A DNA stretch of 64,000 nt from Thermomicrobiales bacterium (GCA_050696075.1 JBOGUF010000018.1:232-64231), one strand, 5' to 3'; shown: positions 19,096 through 29,059, counted from the first letter of the stretch. Translations and numbers: made by a program. The notes: generated by a model not told the origin, from the sequence alone.

Positions 19096-20937
19096 GTGTC
19101 GGATCAGGGATTACACCCGCGGCCGGGGATGGCGCGCGAGGGTTGGATCGATCTGTGCGGTCCGTGGCAGTTTGCGTATGACGATGGCGACGTTGGCCTC
19201 GATCAGGATTGGCATGAGCGTGCCGAGCCATTCGATCGCACGATCGTTGTGCCATATCCGCCGGAGTCGCGGCTGAGTGGGATCGGGGAGAGGGCGCCGC
19301 ATCCGGTTGTATGGTACCGGCGGACGTTTCGGGCGGCGCGCCAGGGCGATGGGCGGGTGCTGCTCCACTTCGGCGCGGTCGATTACCAGGCCCACGTTTG
19401 GGTCAACGGGAGACTCGTGGCGCGGCACGAAGGGGGGCACACGCCGTTCAGCGCCGACGTCACCGCCGCGCTGACGGATCAGGACGAGCACGTCCTTATC
19501 GTGCGGGCGGAGGACCGGCCGGGAGATTTGAAGCAGCCGCGCGGCAAGCAAGATTGGCACGACGAGCCGCACCGCATCTGGTACGACCGCACAACCGGCA
19601 TCTGGCAGCCAGTGTGGCTGGAGCGTGTCGGGCACACATATGTCGAAGACGTGCGGTGGGTGCCGGATCTCGATCGCGGCTGCCTCGGTGTGACGCTCCG
19701 GCTCAACGCGCCGCCGACCGGGCCTTTGCGTCTGGGGTTGCGACTGTCGATGCACGGCATCGCGCTGGCCGACGAGACGTGGACGGTCGATCGGATCGAG
19801 ACGAGCCGCGCGGTCGACTTCCCCGACAACCTGCTGACGATGGACACCGACCGGCTGGTGTGGTCGCCGCGCAATCCGAACCTGATCGACGCCGAGATCA
19901 CGCTGAGCGACGGCGAACGAGTTATCGACGCGGTGCAAAGCTACGCCGGGATGCGGAGCGCCGGCGTAGCGGACGGGCGATTCTTACTGAACGGCCGACC
20001 ATATTACCTCCGGCTCGTGCTGGCGCAGAACTTCTGGCCGGAGTCGCATTTGGCCGCGCCGAGTCCAGCGGCATTGCGGCGCGAGGTCGAGCTCGCAAAG
20101 GAGCTTGGCTTCAACGGGGTACGAATCCACCAGAAGGTCGAGGACCCACGATTTCTGTACTGGTGCGACCGGCTGGGCGTCTTGGTCTGGGGCGAGATGG
20201 CGAACGCCTACGCCTTTTCGCCGCTCGCCGTCGAGCGATTGACGCGGGAATGGCTCGAAGTCGTGCGCCGAGACGTCAGCCATCCCTCGATCGTCGCCTG
20301 GGTGCCGTTCAACGAGAGTTGGGGGGTGCCGAACCTGGAGGGCGATCCGGAACAGCGGAATTACGTCCGCGCGCTGTACTACCTGACCAAGGCGCTCGAT
20401 CCGACCCGGCCCGTGATCGGGAACGAGGGCTGGGAGCACGTCGAGAGCGACATCTGGGGCATCCACGACTACGCCTTCTCCGGCGCGGCGCTGAGCGAGC
20501 GCTACGGCTCGCCGGAGGCGCTCGACCGCACGCTGCGCACCGGAAGACCGGCTGGGCGGAACATCGCCCGGCCCGACGAGCGGGCGCATACCCCGGTGAT
20601 GCTGACCGAGTTCGGCGGGATCACCGATGCACCGGAGCCAGGTCAGCCCTGGTGGGGGTATGGGACAGCGGGGGACGCTGACGCGCTGCTCGCGAAGTAC
20701 GAAGAGCTCGTGGGTGCGGTGCTCGACTCGCCGGTGGTGGCCGGTTTTTGCTACACGCAACTGACCGACACCCAGCAGGAACGGAACGGGCTGCTCACCG
20801 CCGAGCGGGAGCCGAAGGTCGACCTGGCGGCGATCCGGGCGATCAACACTCGGCCGTCGCGGGCGTTGATGAACGAGACGGTGCACCAGATCCAGACCGC
20901 GGCAACCGCCACGGCGGCCGCGGGCGGCGGGTCATAG
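19096..20937 (+). CDS. glycoside hydrolase family 2 protein (beta-galactosidase/beta-glucuronidase-like)
   Basis: It has the GH2 sugar-binding-domain pattern WYRRTF...LLHFGAVDYQAHVWVNGRLVARHEGGHTPFSADVT and the TIM-barrel region GFNGVRIHQK...WVPFNESWG. A GAGGAG lies 8 nt upstream of the GTG start. Confidence 0.85.
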   Translation: MSDQGLHPRPGMAREGWIDLCGPWQFAYDDGDVGLDQDWHERAEPFDRTIVVPYPPESRLSGIGERAPHPVVWYRRTFRAARQGDGRVLLHFGAVDYQAHVWVNGRLVARHEGGHTPFSADVTAALTDQDEHVLIVRAEDRPGDLKQPRGKQDWHDEPHRIWYDRTTGIWQPVWLERVGHTYVEDVRWVPDLDRGCLGVTLRLNAPPTGPLRLGLRLSMHGIALADETWTVDRIETSRAVDFPDNLLTMDTDRLVWSPRNPNLIDAEITLSDGERVIDAVQSYAGMRSAGVADGRFLLNGRPYYLRLVLAQNFWPESHLAAPSPAALRREVELAKELGFNGVRIHQKVEDPRFLYWCDRLGVLVWGEMANAYAFSPLAVERLTREWLEVVRRDVSHPSIVAWVPFNESWGVPNLEGDPEQRNYVRALYYLTKALDPTRPVIGNEGWEHVESDIWGIHDYAFSGAALSERYGSPEALDRTLRTGRPAGRNIARPDERAHTPVMLTEFGGITDAPEPGQPWWGYGTAGDADALLAKYEELVGAVLDSPVVAGFCYTQLTDTQQERNGLLTAEREPKVDLAAIRAINTRPSRALMNETVHQIQTAATATAAAGGGS

Positions 20938-21010
20938 ATAGGCAACCGGCGTACACTCCCGGCACGGTGAGCGAGCAAGCGCTTCTAGAGTGCCGGAGGA
21001 GTAGACGCTG

Positions 21011-22156
21011 ATGACAACCGCCCGCCACGGTCTTTCGACGCGCAGCATCCACGCCGGGGAAGCGCCCGATCCTGCTACGGGCGCCCACGGCGTGCCGATC
21101 TACCAGAACACGACCTACTCGTTCCGCTCGTACGACCACGTCGAGGCGTGGCGTTGCGGCCAGGCTCCGCATTTCGTCTACCAACGGGAAGGGAACCCGA
21201 CTGTCCGCTGTTTCGAGTTGAAGATGGCAGACCTCGAAGGCGCGGAGGAGGCGGCGGCCGGGGCGACCGGGATGGCCGTGATCGCGGCCACGCTGCTTGG
21301 GGTGACCGCGGGTGGTGGGCATCTCGTCGCGTCGGCCGACCTGTACGAGGTCGCATCGGGTCTTGTCTGCAATGATCTGCCGGCGGCCGGGGCGGCGGTG
21401 ACGACGGTCGATATCACCGATCTGGCGGCGGTCGAGGCGGCTTGCACCGAGGAGACGCGGGCGATCTACTGTGAGACCTTCTCGAACCCCGGCCTCAAGG
21501 TTGCTGATATCTCCGCGTTGGCTGAGATCGCGCACCGTCACGACGCGCTCCTTATTGTCGACAACACGTTCCTGTCCCCGGCACTGATGCGCCCGCTGGA
21601 GCACGGGGCGGACCTTGTGATCCACAGCGCGACGAAGTACCTCGCGGGCCACGGGCAGGCGATGGGCGGCGTGGTTGCCGGCCCGCGTGAGCTGGTGGCG
21701 CCCATTGCCGGCCGTCTCTCCCGCCTGGGCGGCGCCATGAACCCGTTTACCGCCTGGCTGCTGCTGACGGGCATGAAGACGCTGCCGTTACGGATGGATC
21801 GGCACTCGATAAACGCGGCGCGCATCGCCGACGTGTTGGTTTCCCATCCCGCTGTAAAACGGGTGGCGTTTCCCGGCCTTTCAGGCCATCCGGGGCACGG
21901 CGTCGCGCGGGGATTGTGCGGTGACCAGTTCGGAGGTCTGCTTTCCTTCACCGTGCAGGGTGGGCAGGAGGCGGTTCGCGCGTTCATCAACGCCCTCGAG
22001 CTCTGCACGATCGCCGTGTCGCTTGGCGAATGCGGCACGCTGGTGTGGCCGTATCCGGACGGGCTAATTCGCGTAGCAGTGGGGTTGGAGGATGTAGAGG
22101 ATTTGGAAAGGGACGTGGCGAGGGCTCTTGGACGTGCCTGCTCGGCGGGCATCTGA
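21011..22156 (+). CDS. Cys/Met-metabolism PLP-dependent enzyme (cystathionine gamma-synthase/beta-lyase/methionine gamma-lyase family)
   Basis: The 381-aa ORF has STRSIHAGE near the N-terminus, PIYQNTTY, and HSATKYLAGHG (PLP lysine). Confidence 0.85.
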   Translation: MTTARHGLSTRSIHAGEAPDPATGAHGVPIYQNTTYSFRSYDHVEAWRCGQAPHFVYQREGNPTVRCFELKMADLEGAEEAAAGATGMAVIAATLLGVTAGGGHLVASADLYEVASGLVCNDLPAAGAAVTTVDITDLAAVEAACTEETRAIYCETFSNPGLKVADISALAEIAHRHDALLIVDNTFLSPALMRPLEHGADLVIHSATKYLAGHGQAMGGVVAGPRELVAPIAGRLSRLGGAMNPFTAWLLLTGMKTLPLRMDRHSINAARIADVLVSHPAVKRVAFPGLSGHPGHGVARGLCGDQFGGLLSFTVQGGQEAVRAFINALELCTIAVSLGECGTLVWPYPDGLIRVAVGLEDVEDLERDVARALGRACSAGI

Positions 22157-22428
22157 CCGTCTCCTCGCTCGTGTCATCCCGGATGATCGACGGGACGGTA
22201 GCAACGAGCGCACAGACACCAGTCACCTGAGCCGTGCCGCACCGTGGCCTCGGTCTAAACACCCGCGATCGGCATGTCGGAGCGCTATTGACGCCCGCGA
22301 TACAATGATGTTGCCCGCACGTATTCGTGGCTCTTCCCGGTGAATCCCGCGGCAATTGCGCCGAATCTCGGCAACTGGATCGGGTCGGCCTGTGCCTTCG
22401 GGCAGGGCGAGAGGGAGAAGAGGGAGTC

Positions 22429-23052
22429 ATGGACGCACAACCGGAACTGCACTTCGACGTCGCATATCCCGAACGGCTCAGCCGCCTGTTGATCTTCGTC
22501 AAGTGGCTGCTCGTGATTCCGCACATCGTCGTTCTCTATTTTCTTCAGCTCGGCCTCAACATCGTCACGTTCATCGCCTGGTTCGGGATTCTCTTCACCG
22601 GCAACTACCCGCGGGGACTCTTCGAGTTCGCGGTGATGACGATGCGCTGGCAAGCGCGAGTGACGGCGTACATCTCGCTTTTGCGGGACGAGTACCCGCC
22701 GTTCGGCGACGGGCAGTATCCGGTGCAGTACGAATTGGCCTATCCGCCCCGGCTGTCCCGGCTGTTGATCTTCGTCAAGTGGCTGCTGATCATTCCCCAC
22801 CTGGTCGTGCTCTTTTTCCTCGGCATCGCGGCATTCGTCGCCTTTGTCGTCGCCTGGTTCGCGATCCTGATCACGGGTCGCTACCCGCGCGGTCTGTTCG
22901 ACTTCGTCGTCGGAGTGCAAAGGTGGTCCGGGCGCGTCATGATCTACTACTACCTGCTGACCGACGCCTATCCACCCTTTACGCTCGGACCGACCTCGGC
23001 GCCGACCGACCCGTACCCGCCTGACGCGGCGGTCGCGCCCGTCCGGTTCTAG
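22429..23052 (+). CDS. DUF4389-like membrane protein with internal tandem duplication
   Basis: Two 92-aa repeats share the pattern YP(E/P)RLSRLLIFVKWLL(V/I)IPH...G(N/R)YPRGLF(E/D)F...YPPF. An identical 26-nt core occurs at 22486-22511 and 22762-22787. Confidence 0.75.
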   Translation: MDAQPELHFDVAYPERLSRLLIFVKWLLVIPHIVVLYFLQLGLNIVTFIAWFGILFTGNYPRGLFEFAVMTMRWQARVTAYISLLRDEYPPFGDGQYPVQYELAYPPRLSRLLIFVKWLLIIPHLVVLFFLGIAAFVAFVVAWFAILITGRYPRGLFDFVVGVQRWSGRVMIYYYLLTDAYPPFTLGPTSAPTDPYPPDAAVAPVRF

Positions 23053-23238
23053 GCAGCCCTTCCTTCCGAGGTCACGAGGAATCGCTCCGCCGTTCGTGCC
23101 ACGGGAGAGATTCCTCCATGCTTTCGGCATGACGGAGAGGGGCGGACGCATTACGACGTACAATTCCCCCATTGCGACTCGGCGGCTGTCGCGGAGGCGA
23201 CGCGCACGACCGGACCGACACGGGGGGAACTGAACACG

Positions 23239-26200
23239 ATGACCCGCGGCCGCGACTTTCTCGACCTTGCCCGCGAACGCGTCCTCTTCTACGACGGTTC
23301 GATGGGCGCAACGATTCTCAACCTCCAACTCGACGCCGAGGGGTACGGTGGCAAGGAGGGGTGCAACGAGTACCTCGTCTTCCACAACCCCGGCATCATC
23401 GAGGGGATACACGCCGGCTACCTCGAGGTCGGCTGCGACGTGCTCGAGACCGACACCTTCGGCGGCAGCAAGCACAAGCTCGACGAATATGGAATCGGGG
23501 AGCGGACCTACGAGCTGAATCGCGCCGCCGCGGAGCTCGCCCGCCGTGTGGCCGACGAGTACTCGACACCGTCGCACCCGCGTTTTGTCGCCGGCTCGAT
23601 CGGGCCGTCTGGTCTGTTGCCGGCCTCCGAGGACCCGATGCTGGGCCAGGCCAGATTCCAGGAGGTCGTCGAACTCTTCCTTGATCAGGTGCGCGGGCTG
23701 GTCGACGGCGGCAGCAACGTCCTGATCATCGAGACGGTGCAGGACATCCTCGAACTGAAGGCGGTGATCCACGCCGCGCGCCGCGTCTTCGACGAGGGGC
23801 GGGCGCGGATTCCAATCCACGCCTCGATCACGCTCGATACCTCCGGCCGGATGCTGCTCGGCACCGACATCGCCGCCGCGCTTTCGATCCTGGAAGGGCT
23901 TCGGGTCGATATTATCGGGCTCAATTGCTCGACCGGGCCGGAGCATATGCGGGAGCCCGCGCGCTACCTCGGTGAGTACGCGACGGCGCCGGTCGCGATC
24001 ATCCCCAACGCCGGGATTCCGATCAACAAGGACGGGATGGCGGTCTTCCCGCTCGAACCGGAGCCGATGGCGAGGGCGCTGCGGGAGATGGTCGAGGAGT
24101 TCGACGTTGGGATCGTCGGCGGCTGCTGCGGCACCACGCCGGAGCACCTGCAACTGACGGTAGACCAGATCGAGCGCAGGCCGATCACGGTCGCCAGGCC
24201 CGCCGCGCCGCTGCCGCTGATCGCCAGCATGATCCGAGCGACGCCGCTGCAACAGGAGCCGGCGCCGCTGATCGTCGGCGAGCGAGTCAACACGCAAGGG
24301 TCGCGCAAAGTGAAGCGGCTCGTCCTGGCCGACGACTACGACGGTTTGCTCCAGGTCGCCAGCAGCCAGGTCGAGGAAGGGGCGCACGCGCTCGACGTCT
24401 GTATGGCCCTGACCGAGCGCGCCGACGAGCGTGACATCATGCGGACGATCGTCAAGAAGCTGGCGCTGACGGTCGAGACGCCGTTGGTCGTCGACTCGAC
24501 CGAGCCGGACGTGATCAAGGACGCGCTCGAACAGTACCCCGGCCGTGCAGTCGTCAACTCGATCAACATGGAGAACGGTCGTGCCCGGATCGAGGCGGTG
24601 ATGCCGCTGGTGAAGGATCACGGGGCGGCCGTCATCGCCTTAACGATCGACGAAGAGGGGATGGCCAAGACCGCCGAGCGGAAGCTGGCAGTGGCGAAGG
24701 TGATCCATCAGATCGTGACCGAGGAGTACGGGTTGCGGTCAGAAGATTTGATCTTCGATGCGCTCACCTTCACCCTGGCGACCGGGGACGAGGAGTTCAC
24801 TCGCTCCGCGATGGAGACGATCGAGGGCATCCGGCAGATCGAACGCGAGTTGCCGGGGGTGCTCACGGTCTTGGGGGTGAGTAATGTCTCCTTCGGGCTC
24901 AACCCGGCGGCGCGGAAGGTGCTGAACGCGGTCTTCCTCTACCACTGCGTGCATGCCGGGCTCGATCTCGCCATCGTCCACCCCTCGCACGTCGTGCCTT
25001 TCGCGGAAATCCCGGCCGAAGAGCGAGCGCTAGCCGAAGAGTTGATCTTTGCCCGGCGACCGGACGCGCTCCAACGCTACATCGAGTTCTTCGAGGGGCG
25101 GACCGACTCGGAATCGGAGGGTGGCCCCGATCCGATGGCGGAGATGGCGGTCCGGGAGCGGTTGCACTACCGGGTCGTGCATCGCAAGAAGGAAGGGATC
25201 GAGGAGGACGTCGACGTCGCCGTGCCAGAGGCCGGCGACCCGGTCGAGGTACTCAACAACGTCCTCCTGCCGGCGATGAAGGAGGTCGGCGACAAGTTCG
25301 GCGCCGGCGAGTTGATCCTCCCGTTTGTCTTGCAATCGGCCGAGGCGATGAAGAAGGCCGTCGCCCGCCTGGAGACCTACCTCGAAAAGCAGGAGGGAGT
25401 GACCAAGGGAACAGTCGTCCTCGCCACCGTCTACGGCGACGTCCACGACATCGGCAAGAATTTGGTCAATACGATCCTGACCAACAATGGCTACACGGTC
25501 CACGACCTCGGTAAGCAGGTGCCGATCAGTCGCATCATCGACAAGGCGGTCGAGACGAACGCGACGGCGATCGGCTTGTCGGCGCTGCTGGTCTCGACCA
25601 GCAAGCAGATGCCGCTCTGCGTCAAGGAGCTGCACCATAAGGATCTGGCGTTTCCGGTGATCATCGGCGGGGCGGCGATCAATCGCGCCTACGCGCACCG
25701 CACGCTCTTCGTCGACGAAGACATCCCGTATGGCCCCGGCGTCTTCTACGCCAAGGACGCCTTCGAAGGGCTGTCTTTGATGGACCGCATCATCCAGCCC
25801 GCGGCGCGCGGCTCGCTGTTAGAGGCGACCGTCGAGGAGGCCCGCCGCTCGCTGGGCCGTCCCGGTCGCGAGGCGTTCAGTGTGCCGGAGGAGTCGACGG
25901 CGATCGAGGGCAAGACGGTGCGTGACGTCGAGCCGCCGACGCCGCCCTTCTGGGGCGTGCAAGAGATGAACGGTTTCACGCTGGCCGATGTCTGGCCGCA
26001 TCTCGACTTGAAGACGCTCTTCCGGCTCCATTGGGGCGGCAAGGGGATTAGGGATGAGGCGTGGGAGACGTTGCAAAACGAGGAGTTCCTGCCACGATTG
26101 CAGGCCATGGAGGCGGACGCCATCCGCGAGGGTTGGCTGGAACCGCGGGTGCGCTACGGCTTTTTCCCGGCGAACGGCGACGGCAACGATTTGGTGATCT

Positions 26201-26703
26201 TCGACCCTGGGGACCTGGAGCGCGAGGTCGCCCGCTTCCCGTTCCCACGGCAGCCGCGCCGTGAGCGCCTTTGCCTTGCCGACTACTTCCTGTCGTTAGT
26301 CAGCGGCAAACGCGACGTGGCCGTCTTCCAGATCGTCACCGTCGGCCCCGAGGCGACCAAGCGCACCGAGCTCCTCCAGGCGGCCGGGGAGTATGCCGAG
26401 AGTTACTATAGCCACGGCCTGAGCGTGCAGAGCGCCGAGGGATTGGCCGAGTACGCCCATCAGCGCGTTCGGCGTGAGCTCGGCCTCGGTGAAGAGCAGG
26501 GGAAGCGCTATTCCTGGGGCTACCCTGCCTGTCCAGAGCTTGCTCAGCACACGCTGGTCGAACGCCTGCTCAATGCCCGCTCCATCGGCATCCAGGTCAC
26601 CGAGGGCTACCAATTCGACCCCGAGCAGACAACCGCCGCCCTGGTCGTCCACCACCCGGACGCAAAGTACTACGCGCTGGCGCGATCGGGCGCTGAGGAG
26701 TAG
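23239..26703 (+). CDS. metH: cobalamin-dependent methionine synthase
   Basis: The 1154-aa ORF has the full MetH domain order: Hcy-binding (GGCCGTTPEH), pterin-binding, B12-binding (ATVYGDVHDIGKNLV) and an AdoMet-activation C-terminus. Confidence 0.95.
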   Translation: MTRGRDFLDLARERVLFYDGSMGATILNLQLDAEGYGGKEGCNEYLVFHNPGIIEGIHAGYLEVGCDVLETDTFGGSKHKLDEYGIGERTYELNRAAAELARRVADEYSTPSHPRFVAGSIGPSGLLPASEDPMLGQARFQEVVELFLDQVRGLVDGGSNVLIIETVQDILELKAVIHAARRVFDEGRARIPIHASITLDTSGRMLLGTDIAAALSILEGLRVDIIGLNCSTGPEHMREPARYLGEYATAPVAIIPNAGIPINKDGMAVFPLEPEPMARALREMVEEFDVGIVGGCCGTTPEHLQLTVDQIERRPITVARPAAPLPLIASMIRATPLQQEPAPLIVGERVNTQGSRKVKRLVLADDYDGLLQVASSQVEEGAHALDVCMALTERADERDIMRTIVKKLALTVETPLVVDSTEPDVIKDALEQYPGRAVVNSINMENGRARIEAVMPLVKDHGAAVIALTIDEEGMAKTAERKLAVAKVIHQIVTEEYGLRSEDLIFDALTFTLATGDEEFTRSAMETIEGIRQIERELPGVLTVLGVSNVSFGLNPAARKVLNAVFLYHCVHAGLDLAIVHPSHVVPFAEIPAEERALAEELIFARRPDALQRYIEFFEGRTDSESEGGPDPMAEMAVRERLHYRVVHRKKEGIEEDVDVAVPEAGDPVEVLNNVLLPAMKEVGDKFGAGELILPFVLQSAEAMKKAVARLETYLEKQEGVTKGTVVLATVYGDVHDIGKNLVNTILTNNGYTVHDLGKQVPISRIIDKAVETNATAIGLSALLVSTSKQMPLCVKELHHKDLAFPVIIGGAAINRAYAHRTLFVDEDIPYGPGVFYAKDAFEGLSLMDRIIQPAARGSLLEATVEEARRSLGRPGREAFSVPEESTAIEGKTVRDVEPPTPPFWGVQEMNGFTLADVWPHLDLKTLFRLHWGGKGIRDEAWETLQNEEFLPRLQAMEADAIREGWLEPRVRYGFFPANGDGNDLVIFDPGDLEREVARFPFPRQPRRERLCLADYFLSLVSGKRDVAVFQIVTVGPEATKRTELLQAAGEYAESYYSHGLSVQSAEGLAEYAHQRVRRELGLGEEQGKRYSWGYPACPELAQHTLVERLLNARSIGIQVTEGYQFDPEQTTAALVVHHPDAKYYALARSGAEE

Positions 26704-26715
26704 CAGTGGAAGCGC

Positions 26716-27411
26716 TTATCTAGGCTCGGAGGAACGGCGTCTTGACTCATATAGCGCCCTGAACTTTTCGAACAGGCGGTCCGCCGCGATCTCCATCAAG
26801 ATCGCGTCGGGATCGGGCAGGGGATCTGTCTGTAGCCAGTCTGAATCGAGCCAGAACCCGGATAGCACCGTCGAATGCACCTGGCCATCAGCGTCGGGCT
26901 GAATCGGCTCGTAGACACCTTCATCCGTCAAGGCTGAGGCGTGGACGTCTCGGCGACTTGTGCGGGAATCGATCGTCCAATACTCGCGGACACCAGCCTT
27001 CGCATACTCGTGGAACTTGTCGCGCCGATCCCGTGTGACGCTGTCGGGCGAAATGACGTCAATGACGAGATCGGCCGGTCCATTCAAGCGGTCGACCGTA
27101 ATCCGATCCGAGTGATCGCGGGAGACGAAAGCGATGTCCGGTTCACGCGACGGCCGAACGGGCGCCAAGCGCATTTCGAACGGAGCAATGAGCACCGTTC
27201 CGAGGTCAAGAAGCCGGGCATACCGCGACATGAGACTGCCCAGGAACAGGATGAACTACTGATGCAGTAGCTTCGGCATATCAAGAAGGATCACCTTACC
27301 ATCGACCCATTCGGCACGTGTCTCGTCGCCGGCCCACGCGAGGAACTCATCGTAGGTCATGATTCGTCGTTGCTCATCCGTAGAAGGTGCCGTGAAGAGT
27401 TGCCGTACCAT
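26716..27411 (-). pseudogene. Uma2 (DUF820) family endonuclease interrupted by an in-frame TAG
   Basis: The frame reads MVRQLFTAPSTDEQRRIMTYDEFLAWAGDETRAEWVDGKVILLDMPKLLHQ*FILFLGSLMSRYARLLDLG... The TAG lies at 27256-27258 (minus strand). The track shows only the downstream 171-aa part. The full length (232 codons) matches the two intact paralogs. Confidence 0.7.
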
Positions 27412-27507
27412 CGGATACTCCCCGCCGCGCTTGCAGAATCAGTGGCGGCGTTTCCGGTTCAGTTTACTTCTCGCGAATGATACCCCGGCATTGGAACCGA
27501 ACTGCTG

Positions 27508-28215
27508 TCATTCCGCTGGAGACGACCGCCGCGCCGCGTGAAACGCCTTGATCCGATCCAGGTAGGCGTCAGGCGCGATTTCCATGAGGATCGCGTCCGG
27601 ATTGGGCAACGGGTCTTGCCAGAGCCAGTTCGGGTCGAGCCAGAAGCCTGCCAGGACAGCAGAGTGAAAGAGACCCACATCGTCGAGCGGCAGTTCCTCG
27701 TAGTAGCCCTCGGCGGTGATGCCGTAGGGCCAGAACGACTGACGGCCGGTGCGCGGGTCGAGGAGCCAGTATTCTGGCACGCCAGCGGCCGCGTATTCGG
27801 CGAATTTGTCGCGCCGGTCGCGGGTGACGCTGTCGTCCGACATGATCTCGAGGACGAGGTCGGCCGGACCGTTCAGACGTTGGCCGTCGAGCCGGTCGAA
27901 ATGCTCGCGGGCGACGAAGAGCAGATCAGGTTCGCGGTACGATCTGCCCTCTCGCAACTTCATCTCGAACGGCGCCGTCAAAACCTTGCCCAGATCGAAC
28001 AGGCCGACGAAAAGGCCGAGGAGCACCGTAAGGAAGTAATTCGTGTTGTTGTGACGTTCGTCAGGCGGCACGAAAACTGTCACCTCCCCATCGACCCATT
28101 CGGAAAACGTATCCTCGCCCGCCCACGCGAAGTAGTCCTCATAGGACATGCGGAACGTGCGCTCGGTTTTGGCAGCGGGTTCGATGACTTGGCGTGCCAT
28201 GTTGTGTCCTTCCAC
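27508..28215 (-). CDS. Uma2 (DUF820) family endonuclease
   Basis: The 235-aa ORF carries YEDYFAWAGEDTFSEWVDGEV, APFEMKL, EPDLLFV, GPADLVLEIMSDDSVTRDRRDKFAEYAAAGVPEYWLLDP. Confidence 0.8.
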   Translation of the reverse strand: MEGHNMARQVIEPAAKTERTFRMSYEDYFAWAGEDTFSEWVDGEVTVFVPPDERHNNTNYFLTVLLGLFVGLFDLGKVLTAPFEMKLREGRSYREPDLLFVAREHFDRLDGQRLNGPADLVLEIMSDDSVTRDRRDKFAEYAAAGVPEYWLLDPRTGRQSFWPYGITAEGYYEELPLDDVGLFHSAVLAGFWLDPNWLWQDPLPNPDAILMEIAPDAYLDRIKAFHAARRSSPAE

Positions 28216-28310
28216 GGCGTTGCCAGGAGGCTACTTGACCAGCCCTCGTAGCGGTGGGCGAATTATCGCTCACCACCAGGCGTGTGGTCACTCGGCGACG
28301 TGGTGCTTAG

Positions 28311-28976
28311 TCATGATTGGAGCGCATCCGGCGCAATCGTCGCTAGCAACCGCAAAGGGTCGGGCAGCGGGTTTTGCCAAAGCCACGCCGGATCGAGCCA
28401 GAAGCCAGGTAGGACCGTCGAGTTGAGGCGACCGCGCTTATCGGACGGGATAGGCTGGTAGACGCCGCGGTCGCTGAGCGCAAACGGCTCCACGGTGCGA
28501 TGACGCTCACGGGGGTCGACCATCCAATACTCCGGAATGCCAGCTTGCTGGTATTCGAGGAGCTTGTCACGCTTGTCGCGCGTCACACAATCAGGGGAGA
28601 TGACTTCAATGACGAGATCGGCCGGTCCGTCCAATCGGACTTCGGTAATCCGATCGAGATGGTCGCGAGCGACGAACATGATGTCTGGCTCCCGTGACGA
28701 TCGCACAGGAATCAGCCGCATCTCGAAGGGCGCGACCATGACCTCCCCGAGGCCGAGCACATCCGCATACTGCGACAGGAGTCTTACCAAGAGGACTATA
28801 ATCCTCTGGTGAATAGTGTTTGGCATCTCGAGGACGATCACCTCACCATCGACCCATTCGGCACGCGTCTCCTCGCCAGCCCACGCGAGGAACTCATCGT
28901 AGGTCATCCGCGGGAGGTCGTTGGTCAGGCCGGCCGGTTTCGTCAGTTGCTGCGCCATCATCTGTCCCTGGGGCAT
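28311..28976 (-). CDS. Uma2 (DUF820) family endonuclease
   Basis: The 221-aa ORF carries YDEFLAWAGEETRAEWVDGEV, APFEMRL, EPDIMFV, GPADLVIEVISPDCVTRDKRDKLLEYQQAGIPEYWMVDP. Confidence 0.8.
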   Translation of the reverse strand: MPQGQMMAQQLTKPAGLTNDLPRMTYDEFLAWAGEETRAEWVDGEVIVLEMPNTIHQRIIVLLVRLLSQYADVLGLGEVMVAPFEMRLIPVRSSREPDIMFVARDHLDRITEVRLDGPADLVIEVISPDCVTRDKRDKLLEYQQAGIPEYWMVDPRERHRTVEPFALSDRGVYQPIPSDKRGRLNSTVLPGFWLDPAWLWQNPLPDPLRLLATIAPDALQS

Positions 28977-29030
28977 GTCGTCCGGCGAAGCGCCGAGTTC
29001 TATGGTACATCAGACCCCGCTTGCCGTTGC

Positions 29031-29059
29031 TTGCGCCGCATCGCGGCAGCCGGTATAGT
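29031..29059 (+). promoter_or_regulatory. candidate sigma70-type promoter (TTGCGC-17 nt-TATAGT)
   Basis: The -35-like hexamer is at 29031-29036 and the -10 TATAGT at 29054-29059. The expected start site falls at or next to the ATG at 29066. Confidence 0.3.

Noticed and set aside
23053-23238. A possible cobalamin, SAM or SAH riboswitch in the metH leader (contains GCCACGG, AACGGCG-like strings and a long hairpin).
   Set aside because: I could not align the region to the B12-box, SAM-I core or SAH consensus from memory. The partial matches are short and one is on the wrong strand. It is left as a check inside a finding and is not called.
22285-24621. A 778-aa minus-strand ORF, among the longest ORFs in the track.
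   Set aside because: It lies antisense to the DUF4389 gene and to metH, whose identity is unambiguous. Its translation is Arg/Asp/Pro/Gly-rich low-complexity sequence, typical of shadow frames in high-GC DNA.
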